Positions 1 to 10,117 of a stretch of 33,000 bases of DNA are shown here, in pieces; within the stretch, counting starts at the first letter, position 1; each line of letters opens with the position of its first letter. The stretch is from the NCBI GenBank assembly GCA_024704765.1, contig JAKMXF010000055.1, forward strand, positions 720,643 through 753,642. The letters run 5' to 3'. The notes under the pieces are model-generated. The model saw nothing but the letters and a program-made list of their open reading frames with translations. It searched no databases and was not told where the DNA came from. The DNA comes from Oopsacas minuta (taxonomy: Eukaryota; Animalia; Porifera). Made by a program: the position numbers and the translations under genes.

Positions 1-469
1 AGAAGACAAAAAGACAGCCACTACCATAAAATAACAGGAAAAATTTAGGGAATACATAAAAATCGTTGACTTGTAGATGGAAAAGAAACTGGATGTGCTG
101 GAAAGAATCTGAAAGCAGATTTGAATTCAGCTTAAATAACTAGCTTAGAAAATGTCAATCTAATACTTGATGAGAAAATGAAGTTAAATATTGTTGATTT
201 GTGTTATTAGGACCAGTTATGTCAAATTGATGTTTGAACTTTGTATTAAATCAAGAATTAATAATGTAAATATCAATCAACAACCATTCTGTAACTTTAT
301 AATTGATTTATTTCGTTTCTCACGACCTTAATACCTTTGATATTCTTCAACTCTATTTTATTTCAAGTTCATTTCTTCCACAATTTTTCTTCATTATAAC
401 AGTCCTACTAAATTGCATTTTAATTTAATCATGTGAGGATCTTTCTTATTTGAATATTGTAATATGACA

Positions 470-651
470 CAGTCAATTCTCGGTATATCGAACATGAATA
501 TTTAGAAATCCTCGCTATATCGAAGTCCGAAATAATACAAATATAGTCACAAATCGTTAAAGAAACATAAATGTCATCGGTTATATCGATATTCGCGTAT
601 ATAGATGTAATTATTGCGGTCTCTTGTTCACGACATAAGGGGAGTTGACTG
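470..651. mobile_element. pogo/Tigger-type MITE (182 bp)
   Basis: Imperfect TIRs: CAGTCAATTCTC at 470 and GGAGTTGACTG ending 651. The right flank is TA and the left is CA. Internal repeated TATATCGA-like motifs near 484, 515, 581 and 598. Confidence 0.6.
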
Positions 652-1722
652 TAGTTACATGCAGATGAGTCAGAAAATTAGTCGTTCTTTTTGGCAAGGA
701 TTGTGTTTGTACTTCCATCCATGACATCTCTGGAACAATTTGCAACTACAATTAGCAAACTTGGTTACAATGATTATGATAAACCTATTGTAGCCTTGGA
801 AAACTGAGACAGGCGAAGGCCGAAGTCAGTATGGGGAAATTTATCTATTCATATTCAATAAGAATAAGACAAACACACGTTCCCTCTCTACTTTGAATGG
901 AAACTATATCACAATCATTTTTAGGATTATACAAACAAAGTATGGAAGGTAACAGCCGTTAGTTGAATAGCGATTCCGGTACTGATATAGCCCAGTTGGC
1001 TGTAGAACACGTTAGTACCAGGATAGATTCAGATAGTATTCAGGTTAATATTTTATATCCTAGTAATATTAGTAGTAGTCAATTACATACAGATTTTAGG
1101 GAAGATAGCTTGGACCGGGAAGTGTCAAATGGCAAATTCTTACGCTTAAAGGCATCTGGTTGCGAACAACCTCAACTATATAGTTAGAGGAGTACCCTGC
1201 CCTCTTCTCCCCATCAGACTCAGGCTGAGGTCATCGATATCCTCTTCTAAACATACAATGATTGTGATAATCTTGTATAGTTAGACGCACTGAAGTTTTT
1301 AGCGACAGAATGTCCACGCATTAGTAGCGAATTCATGCTCATTAATGGGATAATTTATGAGGAGTGCAAATAAATAATGAGTTTCTACATGGTAGTGAAG
1401 AAACTTCAGGCTTGTTAAGAGAGTTAGTTGCTTATTAGAAGCATGGATATTAGTTGGCAACATCAACTGTCGAATTTTGGATTTGTTTCGAAATGCTTAT
1501 CTCATTTTCACAGTTCCACAACTCGAGGAATTTCTTAACTTTGCTTTATCCATTCGAGAAAATATGAATCTAATATTTTCATTTCATTCAACTCTACCAG
1601 AAAAACTAAGCACGATTAACTCACCAGAAATTCCTTTGTTAGTTGATTCACAACAAATATGCTATCAAAACCTTCACTTGATATTGGTTACTCAAAAATA
1701 GTGTTGTCATCATAAATATAAC

Positions 1723-2050
1723 ATGAATTGTGTGTCACTTGTCCCAGCCCTAGATGATGGTGATATTCTGAATGAGGTAATCATTGACGAGTCCATCACT
1801 ATCGAACAAAGTATGGATAGCTATTTACTTAACTTTATAGAATGGGAAAATATTACTAGAATCGTGGGTGATCGTATTATACTTTCAAAAGATTGGACTA
1901 ACTTATTAAATTCCAAAATGGACAGAATATTTCATTGTGTACTTTGTTTTAAATATCACAAAAAAGAATTCTAAAAGTAGAAACTGAACAGTTGTTTCTT
2001 TAGCGCAATTGCAGAGTGCAAATTTCGCAATTGTTTTACTTTTTCATTCA
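1723..2050 (+). pseudogene. Probable N-terminal part of the Mutator/NOF-type transposase relic
   Basis: ORF 1723-1974 ends ...SKDWTNLLNSKMDRIFHCVLCFKYH and, after frameshifts, continues SKSRK-LNSCFFSAIAECKFRNCF. This resembles the WT..L...C...FK.H..SRK...F.A.A.C...C N-terminal pattern I recall for NOF-FB-like proteins. It is on the same strand as the DDE core at 3.9-5.0 kb. Confidence 0.45.
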
Positions 2051-2239
2051 TTATACTGATATACAAAATTGTAAAAATTTTTTAATGATTAAATAAAGAT
2101 AGCTGAAATTGAAGTATTTGAAGGGATTGTTTATGAATTGATTAAGTATGTATTCACAACAGGTCTAGAATTTGTAATTTCTGGTTGGAAGATTGCACCA
2201 ATATGCGATTAAATACATGAAATTAAACATACATTCTTG

Positions 2240-2532
2240 CAGGGCCGTATCAACTCATATTTTCTAACAACCCGTTCATTTTAATTACACCAACTCATTC
2301 AACTCATTCAACTAATTTCAACTCGATTCAACTCAAATTGTGTTACACTATGTATGATTAGGAATATACATGCAGTCTGATATGCATTGAATGGTTGGAA
2401 TCAACTATAGTTTTTTCTTCATTAGACAATCTACTCTTACCGTATCAAAGATCATTAACATAATAAACCGAAAGAAAATTATGCGTAAAATGAGTTGATT
2501 CAGCCAACTCAAAATGAGTTGATACAGCCCTG
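2240..2532. mobile_element. hAT-type MITE (293 bp)
   Basis: TIRs CAGGGCCGTATCAACTCAT (2240) and ATGAGTTGATACAGCCCTG (ends 2532). Flanking 8-mers CATTCTTG and CATTCATA match at 6/8, consistent with a decayed 8-bp TSD. Subterminal CAACTC repeats at about 2271-2330, and GAGTTG copies at the right end. Confidence 0.7.
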
Positions 2533-2544
2533 CATTCATATTTA

Positions 2545-3007
2545 TTACCTACTAAATCATACTAATATTTACTATCGCTAGCACGCTACGCTTGCTTGTA
2601 CTACGCGGATTCTAACACTTCGTGTCCGTACTCGGCCTTCGGCCCTCGCTTTGACTACTAGTTTGTGTGGTTTTCGGAAACAATGTACCCGATTACCCCA
2701 CAATTGCCGTTGAAACCACATTTCTAGGATAATTTTGAAATTTGTTTACTTTTGTTTATTTTATAATCATATAAACAACTTAAATTTGTATCTGACAAAT
2801 CCATAAATGTGATTCGGATTCACATATTCGCTAACATTTAGTCAAGTTTTATGAAATTTGTATATTTTCCTGATTAACACCATAGATATATAGACGCAAA
2901 CATTTTACAAACACGTATTCCACATTCCATTTCAGCTTCCTTAGCAACGGACAAACTGAAAGACAGACAGACAGATAGATAGACAGATAGACAGACAGAC
3001 AGACAGA
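2545..3007. mobile_element. Possible non-autonomous rolling-circle (Helitron/HINE-like) relic
   Basis: GC-rich mini-hairpins (GGCCTTCGGCC at 2634-2644), CTAG near 2658, an ATGAAATTTG motif and CAACGGACA leading into a GACA/GATA microsatellite. This arrangement resembles DINE-1/HINE-like elements, but the termini are not defined. Confidence 0.3.
2961..3007. repeat. (AGAC/AGAT)n compound microsatellite, about 12 units
   Basis: Directly visible: agacagacagacagatagatagacagatagacagacagacagacaga. Confidence 0.95.
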
Positions 3008-3009
3008 AG

Positions 3010-3557
3010 ACGATTTGGTAAATTGAGATCTCTTATTAGGTCATCAAGATCATCTTGATCAATAAGCTGAGGAGAATTATCATTTGGTGGGAGTATGTAC
3101 TCATCAGAATCTCCACTACTATCATTGTCACTGCTAATGTCCACTATTTCTAATGGAACTGGTACAAGTAGGTCCTCTGAATGTGGAACTGGCTTAATGG
3201 CGAACGGTACGTCTGTGTACGCAATACTGGATTTAATCTTTTTCGTGATACCATCAATTTTCGTCATACAGAAATAACAATCCAAAAGATGACACATTGG
3301 TTCTCTCCATATCATTGGAACCGCAAATGGCATTTTCTTTCTCTTCCCAGTATACTACAAGCGTAAGTACTCAACGCATGTCCTACATGCATAGTGTGGA
3401 GCCCACGGCTTATCTTAAACCCCAAGATGGCATCCAAAATATGCGAAATAACAGCGTTTTATAGCCTTTGTGATATTTTTCGTTGGTCAGTTGTAGCATA
3501 CCTCCCACAAATAGGACAAAGGTTTTCAGGAGAATTTTTACAAACCCGAGAAGCCAT
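3010..3557 (-). pseudogene. Chapaev-type (CMC superfamily) transposase, N-terminal fragment
   Basis: From ATG at 3557 it reads MASRVCKNSPENLCPICGRYATTDQR/ITKAIKRCYFAYFGCHLGV*DKPWAPHYACRTCVEYLRL*YTGKRKKMPFAVPMIWREPMCHLLDCYFC...DDLDDLIRDLNLP, with one frameshift and two stops. The C..C, WAPH..C..C and WREP..H..DCYFC zinc-binding motifs match Chapaev N-termini as I recall them. A candidate left end is CACTG (minus strand, ending at 3846) next to TAA. The fragment is truncated at the microsatellite. Confidence 0.72.
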
Positions 3558-3879
3558 AAACAATAAAATGAACAAGAGTGGAATCAAACAGATTACAACT
3601 ACTATTAGAGGCAATTTACATCATATAAGCAATTAAAACCAAATAAATTGGATAAGGGTGATGTGAGAATTGAATTTAGAAATATTTTGACCATGTAGTC
3701 AATTAAAAGACCGAAATAACTAAAATAGAAATTTCTTACTTTTAGTACCCTTGAGAATGAAAAAAATACATATAATTCCCAATATATATCTACACTATGC
3801 AAAAATAATAGAGAAAGAAGATCATCAAAAATGTTATATATCAGTGTTATTAACAAGAATCCTCTTGAATGTCACACCA

Positions 3880-5010
3880 GTGATTGTATTATCGTGAAAA
3901 ACATAGTTTCTGATACTCTATTTGATGAACATTTAGATAATAGCATTGTCTACGCGAGAAATTTATACAATTCTAATAGGTTGAACGTAGCCACAAGTAA
4001 CAAACACATCTGGAAGTAAATAATTCTATAACCAATTCGAGCCTCCAGAAATAGAAATTCAGCGCTTAATTTCGGCAATTTAAATTAATTAATAACGCAG
4101 CTGTATTAAAGAAGGGAAAATTTGATTTGTCAAGTTTACAGAGGTTCATAACAGCATTATCGGAATGCTATAGTGGGTAGTAATGTTAGAGGGTACATTC
4201 AGTCATTGGGACATAGAACTCTTCACCTAGATGCTACTGGCTCAATCATTCGAAAGATTGAAGTTTCCCAGCACAAAGTATTTTATTATGCTCTCACAGA
4301 CAATATCGAACGCATTCTACCAGTCCCAGTTGTACCTAGATTACAACGTTATTGTACTTCAACGAATAAAGCAAGGTTGTTTGAGTATAAATTAAGGGAA
4401 TAAATTCATTGCGTATGAACTCGTGGTCATTTCTCTTTATTGATGTTTGTGTCTTTAATTCCTGGGAATAGCAATTGATTAGTTTCTTATTTGTATGAAT
4501 TACCGCCCAACTGAAATCTGTCTTCAATTTGTCCTATGTTAATATTATAACTTAATATTGTATTCGCATCAAGATGCCATTTGTGTAGAAATAACTAATC
4601 TCAGCGCTAGTATGACCAGAATTGATCATCTCTGCCAGAGTAAGACCTTAGAGACAGATCTCTATTTGGGCAAACATTTTGCATATATAATTAAATATAT
4701 GAATAACCACACCAAATAATTTGGTTCGAATCCTTGCTATTATCCTAACCATATAGGATATATTTTTACTTACTACTTATCTATTCTGACATTATGGAGT
4801 GATGTTATATTAGGGCCACACAGTGTTTCAATTTGAATAATTATTCATATTATAGCAACGCCGTTGTAGAGTGGATGCGTATAGTTAAATTAGATATTTT
4901 GAATTCGAGATCAAATTTGAGGCCTGGAGATTTCACTATAGTATTATATCCTGATATAACTAGTAGAATTTCAGCTTTAATTTTTGCTTATCATCCAAAG
5001 TTAATAAAAT
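3880..5010 (+). pseudogene. Mutator/NOF-Foldback-type DDE transposase core (decayed)
   Basis: RTLHLDATGSIIRKI..KVFYYAL..LPVPV (first D at 4230-4232), then NPCYYP..YYLSILTLWSDVIL, then YSNAVVE-WMRIVKLDILN..LRPGDF (E at 4869-4871). The second-D block lies inverted between them. Many stops and frameshifts. Confidence 0.72.
4332..4640 (-). pseudogene. Inverted middle segment of the same MULE transposase
   Basis: The minus strand reads LAEMINSGHTSAEISYF/LHKW...GQIE/TDFSWAVIH (D at 4516-4518). This is the block expected directly after the plus-strand PVPV motif. Confidence 0.72.
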
Positions 5011-5209
5011 TTTAAAGATCGTCAACGAATATAAGATATTTCAGAGGAAAAATGTAGTGAAGAATGTTCCAGGCAAAAGAAGCAGCATTGTGGCTATTTG
5101 AAGTCGAAAAAATATGAATTTCCTCAATTTAATAGAGATATAACTGTAGTAAAAGATAAATTTATCCCTATTAAACGTCAAAAGTTGTCTACGTGACGTA
5201 AGATAGCAA

Positions 5210-5850
5210 ATCACCAGAAATTAAGACTGTGTCAATTATTACTGATGAAAAATTGGTAGAGTCAAGTACAATACGATATATTATACCAAGCTTTCGTCCA
5301 CCACACATCGAATGGCAAATTGCTACTTGTAAGAAATAGAAACTACATTATGCAGATCAGATTGTGTATTCTTTAGATAATTTAATTGATAATGGTAAAG
5401 GATTATATGTGTATAATTCCGGAACAACAGAAACAATATCAGGTGATGAAAACTGTTATTTTTCTACAATTTCTAATCTGATAACGGGTAGTAAACATAT
5501 CATAAAGAATTACGGGCAATTATCCTTGAAAACATGCTTGGTAAATTAAGTACGAGTTGTAATGCGTTTTGTGTACTAAGATGTTCATACTCAAGGTAAT
5601 ATTAGGAATATTCAGGATTTGGTAAATAAATGAGAATGATTAAGGTTGGGAAATGGGCTACTGACTTTGAGGTATTTGCAACTTCATTGGCATTTAATAT
5701 AGATAATGGGTGTTTTTGGGCCCTACTGGAACTCATTGGGCTGGGTCTTGAGGTAATGGAAGAAGTTTTGATCACTTATCAAAGGAGCCAACTTTAAGTG
5801 CTCCATATATCCAGAATTTAGGTAACATTACCAGCCCGTAATATCCCTAA
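5210..5850 (+). pseudogene. OTU-like cysteine protease domain downstream of the MULE core
   Basis: FRPPHIEWQIATC, then ISGDENCYFSTISNLITGSKH (Cys at 5454-5456), MIKVGKWATDFEVFATS and YIQNLG/HYQPV (His at 5826-5828). The order matches the OTU pattern GDGNC..F..IS....G...H, W....E..A, HY. Stops and frameshifts are present. Confidence 0.7.
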
Positions 5851-5940
5851 TTTATTATTTAAAGCAACCTACTCATTGATTCCAATTTATGGCAGCGAAA
5901 GTTACATAATTGTGAACAAGATTATTAGTGAAACAATAAA

Positions 5941-6120
5941 TATTTGTATAAATGAATCTTGAATATTTTCTGTGCAATTCTAATAACAAACTTTTTGTAT
6001 AAATAGAACACGGGTATTTTGTGAGTATTTCTATCAAAAACATTTTGTGCAAATGGAACTTGAATATTTTGTAAGTAATTCTATCAAAAACATTTTCTAT
6101 AAATGAATCTTGAATATTTT
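5941..6120. repeat. Degenerate 50-bp tandem repeat, about 3.6 copies
   Basis: Units start at about 5941, 5992, 6042 and 6092, with a consensus close to ATTTTGTATAAATGGAACTTGAATATTTTGTGAGTAATTCTATCAAAAAC. Confidence 0.8.
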
Positions 6121-7272
6121 CGGTGATCTCATCTAAATATGTTAATTGATTGTGTCAAATATCACAAATGTAAGCATATACCTATATGTATCAACAGTTG
6201 GATTATATGGAACAATGATATCACCTTTTCTCTAACTATGATACGTTTAAAGCTGGATTATATTAAACAAGATTTGGGAACTAACACAACACCAATATGC
6301 AAAGTTCTGGGAGATATATAATATTAAAGTAACAATGAACATGAAATCTACATCATTATCCTTATATTTACCTTAATCTTCGATTTAGGAATTTTATATC
6401 CAAATTTCTCTTTCAAAAGTTTATTTTACAATTTGTACAAATTTGAATCAGAAAGAAGTTACAATCAAATTTTGGAGCATTCATTTGGAGACCCATCTCC
6501 TGTAGTCAAATCTCGATTCTCTAACCATTCTGGCATTTATATTAACAAATCGAGGTGTTAATCATCTCTACAAATCTTATCTGGTAAAGACATTTTTGCT
6601 CTTCCTTATACAACTGTAAAATTTTGCATAAATAGTACCACCTGTTTCAGATTCAGTCAGTCCCAATATACGTACATGAGAACTTTGATCAGTATTTCTC
6701 ATTAGTTCATCAATCAGTTCAATACAGAAAAGATAGACACACAAACTGTAATATCTGGTTAACTAGTATCTTATAACACTTTTCGCTTTATTTACCTTAT
6801 CTATTCAATAATCAATGCTATGGATATTCTATGATTATTGCCATTACAATGTTGTTGCGTTATTTATTATATATCAAATATCTTCAGATTAATATCTAAC
6901 ACATATAATAGAATTGAAGCTATAGAAATGAAATGATACAAATACTTATCATAATTTACGTACACGTAGTGACATACATATTTCATTGTTTATAGTGCAA
7001 ATTGGTCGTCTATGTAATTCCTACTTAAAGTTCGGGCGTTCATAACTTTTTCAAAAATAATCATATTAATTCAAATTGGGTATATACAATGTACCAAGTG
7101 AGTGTAACTATGATTAAAATGATAATTTGTTATTACAATTATTTTGGAAAATATTAATAAAATCCTAGACCAAATGTAATGCAAAATTGCTTACTCATTA
7201 TGTAAAATTTGGTGATTATGAGTAATGATATGAAATATACCAACTATCCGCTTTACAGTGGTAGGGCTCTTT

Positions 7273-7698
7273 TCAAATTAGAACCCATACTCTTAGAGAA
7301 AAGGTGTTTAGTGGGGATTTGAATCGGCTGCTAAGATAACACTCGTTAATATTTGCGTTATTTGCTAAATACAACAAAATGAGTACACAAAGGTTCAGAA
7401 TCTTCCTCTCCGAAAGACAGCTGTTAAACTCTTGCCTGTAACTCCAAACGATTCCCTCAGTGATTGGAATATAATATTCCAGCACGTTAATACATTGAAA
7501 GAAGCAACCATGCCAATGCCACAAGCAAATAGCCACCCCTTTAGCATAGGATCTGGTGATAGATCTTTAGTCATAAGAGCAGGCTTTAAGGACAATAACA
7601 CACCCACTAATCACATCAAAGGCATGCAGAAGCAACTTGCTATAACCTCTTTTAGGAATTGTAGCTTGCTCTTCTGGCTGTGCTTTAGAAAGATCCAT
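7273..7698 (-). pseudogene. Unidentified frameshifted coding-like segment, possibly a small membrane protein
   Basis: ATG at 7698 gives MDLSKAQPEEQATIPKRGYSKLLLHAFDVISGCVIVLK. A shifted frame gives LMTKDLSPDPMLKGWLFACGIGMVASFNVLTCWNIIFQSLRESFG. It has hydrophobic stretches and higher GC than the flanks. No family recognised. Confidence 0.3.
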
Positions 7699-7752
7699 TT
7701 CTACACAGAATTGTTATAATGTAGCCTGGTACACATAGCTGTAGTTATTATA

Positions 7753-8659
7753 CAGTTAAGGGACAAAAGTATTCGACCACACAAATATATTGTCATAAAT
7801 TGTATACTCTTTCCCGCTCCTATACACTGTATAGTCTATATTCGTAGCAGCTATCTAGTAATTTGTATAGAATAACCTATGTTTTTCAAGAATTTCAAAA
7901 AAATATTTTCGATTTACACTTTTTGAAGGTGTTAATTATTAATAATTATTAGATAATTATTGATAATCAAAATATGTGGTAATTCAAAACCTATTAAGAA
8001 TCTATAATTTCTGACTTGATATTTGAATTCTACGTAGGCGAGTTATCCCAGATTGAAATTTCCAATCGGATTGAACAATTTTTGCCAAAGTTATAGATGA
8101 ATTTCAATTTGTGCCATTTGTGCCACCTTTTGCCCAAGGGGCACAAGTGGCCGTTACCAAGAGGTTATTTTGTAATTCAAGGGTTAGCATAGTCATATAA
8201 TCCGAAAATATTACTATGACTTATTCCTCCTAACCCTAGTTGATTTCCTTGTAGTGGCGCTTTTTCCAGCCACCAGTGTCACTTTTTGCAACAAGTGGCA
8301 CAAATTGAAATTCATCTATAACTCTGGTAAAAATTGTTCAATCCGATTGGAAATTTCAATCTGGGGTAACTCGCCTAAGTAGAATTCAAATATCAAGTCA
8401 GAAATTATAGATTCTTAATAGGTTTTGAATTACCACATATTTTGATTATCAATAATTATCTAATAATTATTAATAATTAACACCTTCAAAAAGTGTCAAT
8501 CTAAAATATTTTTTTGAAATTCTTGAAAAACATAGGTTATTCTATACAAATTACTAGATAGCAGCTACGAATATAGACTACACAGTGTATAGGAGCGGGA
8601 AAGAGTATACAATTTATGACAATATATTTGTGTGGTCGAATACTTTTGTCCCTTAACTG
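7753..8659. mobile_element. Long-TIR near-palindromic Tc1/mariner-type MITE, copy 1 (907 bp)
   Basis: TA-flanked. Arms 7753-8120 and 8292-8659 (~368 bp) are reverse complements with few mismatches. Termini are CAGTTAAGGGACAAAAGTATTCG, a Tc1-like CAGT...AAAAGTATTC start. No ORF. A second copy lies at 22761. Confidence 0.95.
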
Positions 8660-8721
8660 TATACCATTCATGATTGAATTAGATCCTTACTGTACCAGTA
8701 TTCATAACTTGTAAATTAACT

Positions 8722-10117
8722 ATAATTTCTGGAGAATGTGCTAAGGTTATAGTACGGTGTCGACCTGTGAACGTGCAAGAAACAATCTTGAACTCTGCAG
8801 TGGTGATAGAAATAACTCCAGACGGGGGTCATGTACAGATTGTGAAGCCGGCAAAGATTTGCAGCCCTGCGAATTCTGGTGAACCGAAATCTTTCATATT
8901 CGACGCTGCATACGGTATGGACTCACAGACTGAACTGATTCACGAGGAGATGGGATTACCTCCAGCTGCTAGCATTCTGCAGGGGTACAACGGATTGTAT
9001 TTGCGTACGGACAGGCAGGATGTGGTAAGTTGTTTAGAATGTCCGGACCCAACGAGCCTGAAACACAAAGAGGTGAGTAATATAACTCAATTTATAACTA
9101 CACATTATTATAAACTTGTTTGTAGGAATAATCACTCGCGCATTTCAACCCATTTTCAATGAGATTTCTGTATCTGAACGGAGTCACTATTTGATACAAG
9201 CTACTTACCTAGAGATTTATAACGAAGAAGTAAGAGACCTGCTAGGAATAGATGCAAAGGCTAAACTAGACTTGAAAGAACACAGATAGGGGAGCATAGG
9301 TACACGGATTATCAGCACATAGGTTGCTAGTATACAGGTTGGTACCCTTGTTATTTAATCACATTCTAAGCTGTTATTATGAGTGAATAATGATCCATGA
9401 ACATCGTTACGTCACGACTCATCAATGTTTTGCATTATACGTTAGTGTAATCGTGCAAAGTAATCAATCCAAGTCGATATACTTCATAATCACAGTTAAT
9501 TCTGACGCTAATTATGAGAAGATATATTAAGTCCTTATAGAATTTGGAGAGGTTGATGGATCAAGGTAGTAAAACAGCAGCGTGGGTGCTACTCTAATGA
9601 ACCCAGAATCAAGTCGTTCCCATTCTATGTCGCGGTTGTTGTCGAGATAGCAGACGAAACTGGGATTAGACCTGGTAAGTTGAATTTGGTAAATTTAGCT
9701 GGATCAGAAAGACAATCAAAGTCAAGATCTACAGGTGGGAGATTCCGCGAGGTTACGTGAATTAATTTCTCCCTATCTGCGCTTGGTAATGTTATATCTG
9801 CTCTTATTGATGGAAAATCCAAACACATTCCTTATAGAGATAGAAAGCTAACCCGGTTACCACAGAGTAGTCTAGGTAAGTTTGATTACTATGTATACTA
9901 TGGATGGTATTAAAACAGAATATTAGGAGGAAATATGAAGACATTAATGGTAGCTTGCATAAGCTCAGCTGACAATAACTATGAAGAGACTTTGTCTACA
10001 TTAAGATGTGCTAATAGAGCTAAGAACATTAAGAAAAATCCTAAAATAAATGAGGATCCTAAAGATGTCCTTATAAGGCAATATCAAGACGAGATTATGA
10101 AACTTATGTCCCTTTAA
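8722..10117 (+). pseudogene. KIF17: Kinesin-2 (KIF17/OSM-3-like) motor-domain pseudogene with introns retained
   Basis: KVIVRCRP; GYNG/VFAYGQAGCGK (frameshift near 8996); ATYLEIYNEEVRDLL; MNPESSRSHS; GKLNLVNLAGSERQSK; [15 protein letters not shown]; [12 protein letters not shown]; [46 protein letters not shown] introns at 9073-9125, 9338-9540 and 9876-9926. A stop at 9758-9760 and several frameshifts. TLMVAC.S.ADNNY favours KIF17 over KIF3. Confidence 0.9.

Noticed and set aside
1-203. Possible 3' end of a Chapaev3-like element (GATTTGAATTCAGC...TTGATTTGTG-TTA)
   Set aside because: Based only on recalled similarity; the partner end would be outside the window.
963-1700. ORFs 963-1187 and 1477-1701 as genes
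   Set aside because: No recognisable motifs. They may be decayed upstream parts of the MULE protein, but I cannot show this.
4723-4733. Perfect Pol III B-box GGTTCGAATCC suggesting a tRNA
   Set aside because: No A-box or cloverleaf; it lies within the MULE reading frame (FGSNPCYYP).
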